From Candidatus Binatia bacterium (GTDB lineage Bacteria; Desulfobacterota; Binatia; HRBIN30): a DNA stretch of 64,000 bases. Positions 10,701 through 19,200 of the stretch are shown here, piece after piece. Below the pieces are notes generated by a model, which saw nothing but the letters and a program-made list of their open reading frames with translations, had not been told where the DNA came from and did no database searches. The stretch covers positions 192,001 through 256,000 of the forward strand of contig JBBRSP010000004.1 of the NCBI GenBank assembly GCA_038245295.1. Direction: 5' to 3'. Position numbers and translations under genes: made by a program. The number at the start of each line of letters is the position of its first letter. The first letter of the stretch is position 1.

Positions 10701-10843
10701 ATGGCGCCGGGGCCGAAGTGCAACGACCTCTGGCAACCGTCGTCATCGGCGGTGTGATCACCTCCACCCTGCTCACCCTGATTGTGCTGCCAACTCTGTA
10801 CGAATGGATCGAAGCGCGGGCTTTGGCCCGAGCCGAGGAGTAG
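7733..10843 (+). CDS. czcA: Heavy-metal efflux RND permease, CzcA-type (divalent cation)
   Basis: 1036 aa. EAFPDLTNNQV, TM4 MSLGAIDFGLIVDGAVVMMEN (CzcA-type D/D/E), FMPKLDEG, GAEVQRPLATVVIGG. Confidence 0.93.
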   Translation: MGPLERFVAAALNQRLLVLLGLAALVLGGTTAYESLPVEAFPDLTNNQVVVVTEAPGLAATEVEQRVTYPVESAIMGVPGAEQIRSLSKFGLSLVTVVFEDRVPIYFARQQISERLNEARGRLPAGIEPALGPVATAFGEVYQYLLEGNGVDAMEKKTLQDWEIRLRLRSVKGVGEVNSWGGETKQFHVIVDPHKLEKYGLALQQLLQAVADNNAAFGGGFLEHRSERFTVRGLGLARGVDDLRKIVVTAKDGVPILVGDVAEVRGAPMPRNGAVTRDGKGESVAGMVILLKGENAKSVTGRVKERVADIAKTLPPGVSIEPFYDQTEVIDRTTHTLGRNLIEGSVLVIAVLLVFLRDVRAALLVAMVIPLSLLVAFIGMSAFGVSANLMSLGAIDFGLIVDGAVVMMENFIRRRSDPSDETTVHAGDSQVRRRAFFSSAASEVARPVVFGVLIIVAVYLPIFTLQGLEGKMFQPMAITVCSAILGALLLSLTVVPVLSSMWLPIDGHAHHEEAWFQRLRAAYLRHLSDAMRHRRRTLLIAFAVVSVALGSLPFLGTEFMPKLDEGSILIETRKLPSVALDDSVQISSRVERLLLQFPEVRRIVTKLGRPDIATEAMGIYQGDVYVLLHPPEAWITGRTKEDLIAAMAAKLSEMPGVSFNFTQPMAMRLDEVVSGVKADVAVKVFGPDAAVLERLGGAVRDVLTDVHGAADLQVEVLSGAALLQIEIDRDKIARYGLNVADVRSVVETAIGGTVATEVLDGVRRFGVLVRYPDELRHDPAAVESILLTAPGGERVPLGQIARIATVHGPEAVNREDGERRLVVQANVRGRDIGSFVAEAQKKIDAKVSLPSGYYLRWGGQFENQQRAMRRLTLVVPLSLAIIFVLLFATFHRIRQAALVILNVPFALVGGIAALWLRGLNLNLSASVGFIALFGVAVLNGVVLVAAVNALRDEGKELGDAIATGAARRLKPVLMTALVAALGFLPMALSHGAGAEVQRPLATVVIGGVITSTLLTLIVLPTLYEWIEARALARAEE

Positions 10844-10935
10844 GATGATGGTCGCTGCCGGTTCTGCGCCGCGAGGTAGAGCTTGCGCCTCCCCTGCGAC
10901 TGGGCAGCACGATGCGCGAGAGGTAGGCTAGTTTG

Positions 10936-11625
10936 ATGCGCCTCCTGGTCGTCGAAGACGATCCGCAGATCAGTCGCTTCCTTCTGCAGGGCCTGCGCGA
11001 GGAACGCTACGTCGTCGATCTTGCGGAAGATGCCGACGCGGCAGAACGACTGGCGCGGACCGAGGCGTACGACGCGATCCTACTCGACGTCCTATTGCCG
11101 GGCCGCGACGGCTTCGAGGTCTGCCGACGTCTGCGGGTACGTGGCGTCGACGCGCCGATCCTGATGCTGACCGCTCTCGATGCGGTTGCCGATCGCGTGC
11201 GTGGCCTCGATGTCGGCGCCGACGATTACCTGGCGAAACCGTTCGCCTTCACGGAGCTACTGGCGCGCCTACGCGCCCTGACACGACGAGGGCGTACACC
11301 GCACCTCTCCGCAACGCTGCATTATGGACCGATCGAAGTCGACACAGCGGCTCACATCGTGCGGCTCGACGGCAAACCTCTCGATCTGACAGCGACGGAG
11401 TATCGCGTCATCCAGCTCCTGGTGCGGCGTGCCGAAACCATTGTCACGCGCGATCAACTTGCCGATAGCGCCTGGGGCAGCGGCTACGATCCATTGTCGA
11501 ATCTCACCGACGTCTACATCGCGCGCGTGCGCAAACGCATCGACCTCGATGAAACGCGGCCGCTCATCCATACGATCCGCGGCCTCGGATACATGCTCAA
11601 GGACAAGACGGGGCCGCAACCGTGA
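10936..11625 (+). CDS. OmpR/PhoB-family response regulator (CzcR/CusR-like)
   Basis: LLVVEDD, LDVLLPG, GADDYLAKPF, and winged-helix DVYIARVRKRID...TIRGLGY. Confidence 0.93.
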   Translation: MRLLVVEDDPQISRFLLQGLREERYVVDLAEDADAAERLARTEAYDAILLDVLLPGRDGFEVCRRLRVRGVDAPILMLTALDAVADRVRGLDVGADDYLAKPFAFTELLARLRALTRRGRTPHLSATLHYGPIEVDTAAHIVRLDGKPLDLTATEYRVIQLLVRRAETIVTRDQLADSAWGSGYDPLSNLTDVYIARVRKRIDLDETRPLIHTIRGLGYMLKDKTGPQP

Positions 11626-13070
11626 GCAGCTTATCGATTCGAACCCGTCTAACCCTGCGTTGGGCCCTATCGTTCGGTTTACTGCTCGCACTGACCAATG
11701 CCTTGATCTACGGCGGATCGCGTTACTACCTGCACCGCGATCTGGAGGCCTATCTGCGCACCCTCGCCGCAACCGAGCTTGGGTCGGTGATCGATGCCTA
11801 CCGCGGCCTGCATCTGCACGGCTTTCCCGACTCGACCCTGGTACAGCGCGAGTACGCCGACAAGTTCGTACAACTCCTCGCCGACAGCGGCCACGTCCTG
11901 GCGCAATCGGATTTGTTGCGCGATAGCCCGGCCCTCGTATCGCCGGATATGATCCGACAAGCGCTGACAGGAGAGGCGCCCCTCTTTCCCACTGTCGTGG
12001 CGGGGCGGCCCGGCCTGATGATCGCGCTGCGGACCGATAAGGAAGGCGAGACATATCTGGTCATCGTCGGGCTGTTCACCGATCGCCTCGACGCCAGCCT
12101 GGCGAAGCTCGGGCAGCTGCTGGTCGCCGTGTGGGTTGCGGCGATGGTCCTCACGGCAGGCCTCGGCTTCTGGCTTGCCGGGCGCGCCCTGGCGCCGATC
12201 GATCGCATTACCCGACGCGCCGCAGGCATCGCCCACGGCGACTTTGCGGCCCGCCTCGACCCGCCCCAACTCGACGACGAGATCGGGCGTATGACTCGTC
12301 TTCTCAACGAGATGCTCGATCGCTTGCACGGCGCCCTCGAGGCCAACCAGACGTTCGCGGCCGATGCGGCACACGAGCTGCGGTCACCGCTCACCGCCAT
12401 CCGCGGCGAGCTCGACGTCGCTCTGGCGCGCACGCGCAGCGAGTCGGAGTATCGTCACACGCTGCAACTCGTGCTCGAGCAGGTCGAGCAAGTCACGGCA
12501 CTGATCGACAGCCTGACGCTCTTGGTGCATGCCCACGAAGGAAGGAATTCCATCAAAGCCAGCGAGGTTCCGTTGCTACCGCTGCTACGCGATAGCGCTC
12601 GACGCGTCGCCAACATGGCTGACGCACGGCGCATCACGGTACGATTCGAGGAGTTTCCCGACATCGTCGCCTATGCCGATGCGCGTCTCCTGGCACGCGT
12701 TTTCGACAACCTGCTGCGCAACGCGGTGCAGTACAACCGCGACGACGGCGAAGTCGTGCTGCATGGCAGGCAAGTTGTGGCTGAGAGCGCCGCACCACCG
12801 CAGATCGTCGTCGCTATCCGAGACAGCGGCATCGGAATCCAGCCCGATGACCGCGAACGCGTCTTCGAACGCTTCTATCGTACGGACCGATCGCGTTCGC
12901 GGCGCACCGGCGGCACCGGCCTCGGGCTCGCCATCGCCCGCGAGGTGGTCATCCTCTTCGGCGGAACTATTCGTGTAGCGTCCTCATCGTCCGAGGGTAC
13001 AACGTTCGAGGTCACCCTGCCGGGCGATCTCCAGTCGTCGACGATCGTTACCGCGCCGTTAACTCAATGA
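11622..13070 (+). CDS. Sensor histidine kinase (2 TM, HAMP, HisKA, HATPase)
   Basis: DAAHELRSPL H-box, NLLRNAVQY N-box, DSGIGI G1, FERFYR F, GTGLGLAI G2. Overlaps the regulator stop. Confidence 0.93.
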   Translation: MSSLSIRTRLTLRWALSFGLLLALTNALIYGGSRYYLHRDLEAYLRTLAATELGSVIDAYRGLHLHGFPDSTLVQREYADKFVQLLADSGHVLAQSDLLRDSPALVSPDMIRQALTGEAPLFPTVVAGRPGLMIALRTDKEGETYLVIVGLFTDRLDASLAKLGQLLVAVWVAAMVLTAGLGFWLAGRALAPIDRITRRAAGIAHGDFAARLDPPQLDDEIGRMTRLLNEMLDRLHGALEANQTFAADAAHELRSPLTAIRGELDVALARTRSESEYRHTLQLVLEQVEQVTALIDSLTLLVHAHEGRNSIKASEVPLLPLLRDSARRVANMADARRITVRFEEFPDIVAYADARLLARVFDNLLRNAVQYNRDDGEVVLHGRQVVAESAAPPQIVVAIRDSGIGIQPDDRERVFERFYRTDRSRSRRTGGTGLGLAIAREVVILFGGTIRVASSSSEGTTFEVTLPGDLQSSTIVTAPLTQ

Positions 13071-13082
13071 CAGGCGCTTTTG

Positions 13083-13119
13083 GTAGGGCAGCGTCTACAA
13101 CAGGGCCGTTCGTCCCTAC
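13083..13119. repeat. Degenerate GTAG-type REP-like inverted repeat between convergent genes
   Basis: GTAGGG (13083-13088) ... CCCTAC (13114-13119), just after the kinase stop. Confidence 0.4.
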
Positions 13120-13200
13120 AACCGTGTACCCGACCTGCGGGCACCTCCAAGTAGTAACCGGAGTTTGCACCGCAATGTTCTTTTGCAGTGGCCTCGTAGT

Positions 13201-13920
13201 TCAACTCGAGACGTCCGGCAGCCGCGGAGAGCCGGAAGCCGTTGCCAGCCACAGAGTGTGCCTGACACCCTTATGGCCCCGCGCTCGGACGACTCGCTCG
13301 TCGACACGGAAGCCTGCATCGCATAATCGCCGCCGGAAACCCGTATCGGGCGCCGCAGACCACACACCAAGGACGCCGCCGGCACGCAGAGCGCCCATCG
13401 ACACCCGCAGGCCTGCCGGCGAATACAGCCGATCATTCGCCGCACGCGTGAGTCCGTTCGGCCCATTGTCGACATCGAGCAGAATGGCATCCCAGGCGTT
13501 CAACTCACGCTCGATGAGGTCGGCAACATCGCCTTCGAACACACGCACGCGCGAGTCGTCGAGGGGTCGATCAGCGAGGTGGGCGAGTGCTCCGCGATTC
13601 CATTCAACAACAGCCGGCAGCAGCTCCGCTACGCACAGGCGCGCTTGTGCAGGCCAGGCGCGCAGCGCCGCCCGCAGGGTGAAGCCCATGCCGAGACCGC
13701 CGATCAGGACCCGCGTCTTCGAGCCATCGGCCACCCGTTCACTTGCCCATGCCGCAAGGATCTCCTCGGAACCGTGTGCGGCGCTGCTCATGAGGATACG
13801 AGCGCCGACGCGAATGACGAACTCTTCGCCGCGGCGAGCCAAAACGAGTAGATCACTTTGGCCTGGAACAAGTGTGCGCCCCAGCTCTTGCCAAGGAATC
13901 ATGGTCGTCGACATTCCCAT
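13201..13920 (-). CDS. Spermidine-synthase-like SAM-dependent transferase
   Basis: LMSS..HGSEE, VLIGGLGMGFTL SAM-binding motif, and DAILLDVDNGP. Confidence 0.85.
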   Translation of the reverse strand: MGMSTTMIPWQELGRTLVPGQSDLLVLARRGEEFVIRVGARILMSSAAHGSEEILAAWASERVADGSKTRVLIGGLGMGFTLRAALRAWPAQARLCVAELLPAVVEWNRGALAHLADRPLDDSRVRVFEGDVADLIERELNAWDAILLDVDNGPNGLTRAANDRLYSPAGLRVSMGALRAGGVLGVWSAAPDTGFRRRLCDAGFRVDERVVRARGHKGVRHTLWLATASGSPRLPDVSS

Positions 13921-13952
13921 GGGGGTCGAGGGCGGCGCAAGCAGGGCAGGCT

Positions 13953-13988
13953 GTGGACCTTGTGGACTTGGTAGACTTGGTGGACTGA
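13953..13988 (+). repeat. 9-bp tandem array (GTGGACnnn x4), upstream of four-helix-bundle gene
   Basis: GTGGACCTT GTGGACTTG GTAGACTTG GTGGACTGA, read directly. Confidence 0.85.
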
Positions 13989-14105
13989 CTGCTTTGCCGG
14001 TATCACTCTGACAACAGGGGTGCCCAGAAACTGAACTAGCGCGACGACGACTTTCCGCGTCTCTTCGGCGCGAGGCATGCCACGCGAGTTGCCCAGCAGG
14101 AGTCC

Positions 14106-14738
14106 ATGCCCGATCCGCTCATTCCTACTCACGGAGGCTACCGCAACCTGGTGAGCTTCCAGGTGGCACAACTCGTCTACGACGTGACCGTGCGTTTCTG
14201 TGATCGCTACATCAGCAAGCGCAGCCGCACCCACGACCAAATAGTCCAGGCGGCACCGAGCGGTGTGCAGAACATTGCGGAAGGCAGTCAGGCCTCTGGT
14301 ACGTCAAAGAAGTTCGAGCTGACACTCACCAGCGTTGCGCGAGCGAGTCTCGAGGAACTGCGCCTCGACTATCAAGATTTCCTGCGGCATCGCAGGCTAC
14401 CGGAGTGGCGTCGCGACGATCCGCGACGCGCCGAGCTGATCCGGCGGCGCTGTGGCACGGCCGATGCCGTGGCGGAATGGGTGCGGGCGATGCACCAGCG
14501 TGGACCGGGTGGACCACGTGGACTCGGCTCCCCCTATCCAGAGATTGCGGCGAATGCCGCCTTGGTGCTGATCGCCGTCGCCTGCGGCCTCTTGGATCGT
14601 CAGATTGCGGCGCAAGCAGCAGCCTTTGAACAGAACGGCGGCTTCACCGAACGCCTCTACCGAGTCCGCACCCAGTCTCGAGTGTCCAACCAGTCCACCG
14701 CGTCCACAACGTCCACGCTTAGGAGCCGTCGATCCTAG
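14106..14738 (+). CDS. Four helix bundle protein with suffix domain (23S-IVP/bAvd-like fold family)
   Basis: HGGYRNLVSFQ, RTHDQIVQAA.SGVQNIAEGS, VARASLEELRLDYQDFL, and suffix PEIAANAAL...LLDRQI...GGFTERLY. AGGAG RBS. Confidence 0.9.
   Translation: MPDPLIPTHGGYRNLVSFQVAQLVYDVTVRFCDRYISKRSRTHDQIVQAAPSGVQNIAEGSQASGTSKKFELTLTSVARASLEELRLDYQDFLRHRRLPEWRRDDPRRAELIRRRCGTADAVAEWVRAMHQRGPGGPRGLGSPYPEIAANAALVLIAVACGLLDRQIAAQAAAFEQNGGFTERLYRVRTQSRVSNQSTASTTSTLRSRRS
14500..14526 (+). repeat. 9-bp tandem array (GTGGACnnn x3) inside the four-helix-bundle CDS
   Basis: GTGGACCGG GTGGACCAC GTGGACTCG, encoding the GPGGPRGL linker. Confidence 0.8.
14684..14716 (-). repeat. Inverted 9-bp array (GTCCAM x4) at the 3' end of the four-helix-bundle gene
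   Basis: GTCCAA at 14684 and GTCCAC at 14693, 14702 and 14711; reverse complement of the upstream array. Confidence 0.85.
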
Positions 14739-15850
14739 TGATGCTTCAACAACCGCATGCACAGCATCTTCGAAATGTTGAGCATCAGCGTCGCGGCGAT
14801 GGCCGGGTCCGTCTTGATCAACTGGCGCAGGGTTGCCTCGCTGAGGCTGAGCAAGCGCACACCGTCGGTGGCGGCGTACACATCTTGCGAACGTGGTCGC
14901 TCGAGGAGGAAGGCCATTTCACCGAAGACATCGCCCGGACCGAAAACGGCCAGCGGCGTGTCGCCATCGCGTACTTCGACGGTACCGTCGAGTACAACGA
15001 AGAGATTGCGCGCCACGCCGCCCTTTTTGAGGAGCCGGTCACCGGCACGGCACTCGATGATGTTGCTCTTGTCGAGGCAGCGCGCTGCCTCCTCCTCCGT
15101 GAAACCGTCGAGTGCGGTAGGGCGGGTTCCTTCGATCTCGCTGAGAGCGCCGTGCACCTCGCTCCAATACTCGGCCGAGCCGACCAGCCGGCGACTCATC
15201 ACAGCCGTGCCTTCGGCGGTGAGTCGCCCAACACAAGCTGGGATGCGTGCGGCGTCGCCAAAGTCTTGCACGTACTCCAACAGCGGCGACTTGATCCGGC
15301 GCAAGTAGGCGACGTCCTCCGGCACGAAGAGGATCGGAATCAGATAGCCGGCTTCCGCGCTATTGACGTTCTTCTTCGAGTACGTCCGCTGGCCGAGGCC
15401 GAGATAGAGATTCAGCAAATGCGGCTCGCAGTCGCCGAAGCACAGTTGAATGCGTTTCTCGTTGGCAAAGCGCAGCGATTCCCCGATCAGCCGCAAGAAC
15501 AGATCGGTGCCACGCAGGCGCGGCACCACCATCCCGCGTTCGCCGACGGAGATCGCCGAGGCGGGCAACTCTTTCAGGAACGGCGCGAGACCATACTGGT
15601 CGATCATGCGCTGCGGAAATGGGCCATCGCCGCCCCACGTCGCACGCGCCGTCGCCACCACCTCGCCATTTTCGGTGGCGTACATGATACGGCTCTGAGC
15701 ATCGACGGGTTCATAGAACAGGCGCTGCTCGTGGTCGGCAACGCTCTGATATTTCCCCATCTCTTCGACGTAGATGCTGTACCGGAAGCGGTAGACGGCG
15801 CGCTTCTCCTCTTCGGTCTCCGCGGTGGCGATGTGGAAGTTCGAGGGCAT
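14735..15850 (-). CDS. GNAT-like (N-acyl amino acid synthase/FeeM-like) acyltransferase fused to C-terminal cNMP-binding domain
   Basis: N-terminal YRFRYSIY..., PRLRGT and LNLYLGLG. C-terminal LFVVLDGTVEV...GDVFGEMAFL..PRS cNMP cassette. GGAGG RBS. Confidence 0.8.
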   Translation of the reverse strand: MPSNFHIATAETEEEKRAVYRFRYSIYVEEMGKYQSVADHEQRLFYEPVDAQSRIMYATENGEVVATARATWGGDGPFPQRMIDQYGLAPFLKELPASAISVGERGMVVPRLRGTDLFLRLIGESLRFANEKRIQLCFGDCEPHLLNLYLGLGQRTYSKKNVNSAEAGYLIPILFVPEDVAYLRRIKSPLLEYVQDFGDAARIPACVGRLTAEGTAVMSRRLVGSAEYWSEVHGALSEIEGTRPTALDGFTEEEAARCLDKSNIIECRAGDRLLKKGGVARNLFVVLDGTVEVRDGDTPLAVFGPGDVFGEMAFLLERPRSQDVYAATDGVRLLSLSEATLRQLIKTDPAIAATLMLNISKMLCMRLLKHH

Positions 15851-15875
15851 GCTGTCCTCCCCTGATGCGATGCGA

Positions 15876-15962
15876 TCAGGCGCTACGAGCGGCGTACGAT
15901 CGCACGCAGCCGCTCAATGCCAAGAGCCCAGCGGCCATGGTGAACCCCAATAGCTTCTTCAT
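15876..15962 (-). CDS. Candidate small lipoprotein-like peptide (28 aa), not in ORF track
   Basis: MKKLLGFTMAAGLLALSG-CVRSYAARSA*: basic n-region, hydrophobic core and LSGC lipobox. Purine-rich RBS; alternative ATG at 15977. Confidence 0.4.
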   Translation of the reverse strand: MKKLLGFTMAAGLLALSGCVRSYAARSA

Positions 15963-16265
15963 CAGTCTTCCCTTCATGTCTCTTGCGGGCGCGATTGCTC
16001 GACTTGCGGGCGTTGCCACCCCAGGCGCGATGCGAACCTCCCACAGGTTCGCCGCCGCGCTGTTTACGGATAGTGTAGCCGATTACTGCATGTGCATGTT
16101 CCGGACAAGGTCTGGGCCCCGGCCTGCAAAGTAACGGGGATGCAGCCGACGTGGTACCGACGAAGGCCGAGCCCGCCGAGCCGAACCACGACACACCCCG
16201 CACACCTCGGAAGCGATAGGCCGAGTGCTGTGGAAGTGGTACACGGCTCCCATCTTTGAAACGAG

Positions 16266-19200
16266 GTGCCCAATGAAGACCAGGACGGTCTACGACAAAT
16301 CGTTCGCGCGCCAGCTACGCGACGGTGGCCATCTGCCGTGGGCCGATTAGACCTCGTTTACGTCACGGCGCTGGCCTGCCTGATCGCCGTGCCCGCCTCG
16401 GCTTCGTGGCTGCCAGTTCAAATCGACTCGAGTCGCCCACGCATCCTACTGCGCGCCGATGCCGTGCCGGCGATCCAGGAGCGCTTGCGGCGGCAGCCAT
16501 ACCAGACGGTGTTCGCCGACCTGGCGGGGCGTATTACCCAGGCGACCGACATTCGACTCGACGATCACAGCATCGAGAACGAACGTTTGAAAGCTCGCGC
16601 CGCCAAAGGTCTGGCCTTCGAGTACACCGTCGATCGCACGCAACGCGACGGCACCATTGGAGAGTTCCCCACCCGGGCCGATCGTCAGGTAGCCGGCGAC
16701 CGCGTACGCGACATGTTGCTACACATGTTTACGCGCAGTCGCCTGGTCGCCGAGCCGCCGCTCGGCGGTTGGGATCGCGACATCAACACCTCCGAAGAGT
16801 TGCTGCAGTGGGCAACCGCCTACGACACGTTGAAGGGGGCGGGCTACGATTTCGGAGCTGCCGAAGCGCCGATCATCGAGAACCTCGTTGCTCTCGCCTC
16901 CGAGCTCTACGACAACTACGTCCATCCCGAGACCGCCTCGACCTTTCCGGTCTTGCACCAGAACAATCATCGTTCAAAAAGTGGCGCCGCCCTGGTGGCC
17001 GCGGCGATTGCCCTGGCGGAGTATGAAGCGCCCACCGGCACCGACCCGGACGCCCTGCGCAGTCCTGCCCTGTGGGCGCAGTATGGGTTCGAGCAGATCG
17101 AATTCGTCGACCGCTACGTGCTGATGGCGGGCGACGGAGCGTATGCGGAAGGCCCTTTCTACTGGCGCTACACGGCACAAAACATCCTACCGGTCCTGAG
17201 AGCCTGGGATGCTCTCGTCGGCCAGACCGCCGGTGCCGTCATCTATGCGAACCGTTGGCGCGATCCGCGCTTGGCGCGGACGCTGCGCTGGGAGCTCGAC
17301 ATGACGCTACCGGACGGCTCACTGGCACCCCTCGATGACGGCAACCCAGGTCGCTCTTATTATTTTGGAATCTTCCCCGGTGGCCTCGAGTTCGCTCCAG
17401 CCCTCGCGTGGCGTTGGGCCAACGCACCGACACCCTACGAAACGGAAGGCAGCGTCGACCTCGCTGCCGATGCGCTCGTTGCCTTCGACGACACGTTGGC
17501 CCCAGCGCCGCCCCTCGACGCTACCGCGTTCTACATAGAGGGCGGCAACGCCATCTTGCGCCGTGATTGGTCGCCCGACGCGGTCGTTGCCGTGGTGCAA
17601 GCCGAGCACGACACAGCATCGGAGTTCGGGCGCGACAAGCAAGGACGTGGCGTCGGGCCGCAGTCACACGAGCACGCCGAACCCGGCGCATTTCTACTCC
17701 ACGCGTTCGGCGAGCGACTCGCGATGGACCCCGGTTATCTCGATTTCGGCAACCGCACACAGGTCAATCGTCCCGAGCACCACAACCTCGTGTTGGTCGA
17801 TGGCCGCGGCCCGATCGACTACTTGAACGCCACCGGCCCGTGGCGTGGTCGCACCGGCCGACCGCCGATCGACGGCAACGCGATGCTGGCCGACACACTC
17901 GATAGTGGGTTCCTCGACGCCGCTACCGTGGTGTCGCGTTACGGGCGCTATCCGAACGCTAGTCCAATGATGCGGCGGCGTTTTCTGCTTTCCGATGATC
18001 GCTATCTGGCGGTCTACGACGAGGCGGTCAGCGCCGGCGGAACGACACCGACATTTACCTGGCTGTTGCATGGCAACGGTGGTGCCGACTCTGGCGGAAC
18101 GTTCTCGCGGTTGGCCGATGGTGGCGTATGGGAACGCGCCCGGGCGCGCCTTTCCTGGGTTGCCACAACCGATCGCGGCGCCCTCGCATTCGACGAACAG
18201 ACGGCGGTTCATGAGGACATCGGCAAGGCACAACGATCACACACGGTGCTGCGTGGAAGTCTGCAGGCCCCACGCGTCGATGCCCTTCACCTTGCTTACC
18301 CGACTCGCAGCGCGGTCGCCGCGCCGATGGCCGAGGCCGTGCACACGCCGACGTTCTCGGGTGTGCACGTGAACGACACAGCCGAGTTACGTGACGTATG
18401 GTTCGTGCACTTTGCAGGCGCAGCACCGCACTCGCTGGCACCGCACGGGGTGCTGACGGACGGCGATCTGCTGCTGTCCGATGTGGTGGGCGACGCGCCG
18501 ACGCAGCGCCTGGCCTGGGTCGAACACGCGACCCACCTGAGCCTGGCTGGCGTCGAGGTTGCGGCGTCCGGCGCCCCAGGACACATCGGCATGCGCCTCA
18601 CAGGCGACCGTGTTGACGTCGTCGCCGAAAACGCCGCAGCGACGGTCGAAGTGCGTTCTCTGCCATTCCCGGTCATGGGTGTCGACGGGGTTTGCAGTAC
18701 GGCCACGGTTGGCAATCTGATGCACGTCACCTTGGGTCGCGATCGTCGCTTCACTCTGCGCGCAACCACCGGCAATGCGCGGCCTGCCGCCGACCCCGGC
18801 GCCACACGGCAGGCTGGCGTCGGGACGGTAATCGATCTCGACGGCAGCGCCAGTTGTGATGCCGACGAAGACGCCCTCGAAGCCCACTGGGAACTCGTTT
18901 CCGCACCGGCGGCGAGCGCCTGGCAGCTGGAGGCCCCCGGAACGTTACGGCCTCGGTTGACCGTCGACGCCGCGGGCCCATTCCGCGTCCGCTTACGCGT
19001 CACCGACAGCAAGGGCGCCCAGAGCATGCCGATGGATTTACTGATCATCGGCGGCAACCTCTGTAGCGATGGACTCGACAACGACACGGATGGCCTGTTT
19101 GACAGTGACGATCCGGATTGCGACGCGGGTCTTTCATGTGCTGCCGATTGCTCGGAGGAAGGCGAGGTCACCATCGACGAGCTGGTGCGCGCCGTCGCCA

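Noticed and set aside
14106..14738. Diversity-generating retroelement (Avd-like gene)
   Set aside because: No reverse transcriptase and no TR/VR pair with adenine-specific mismatches seen in the window.
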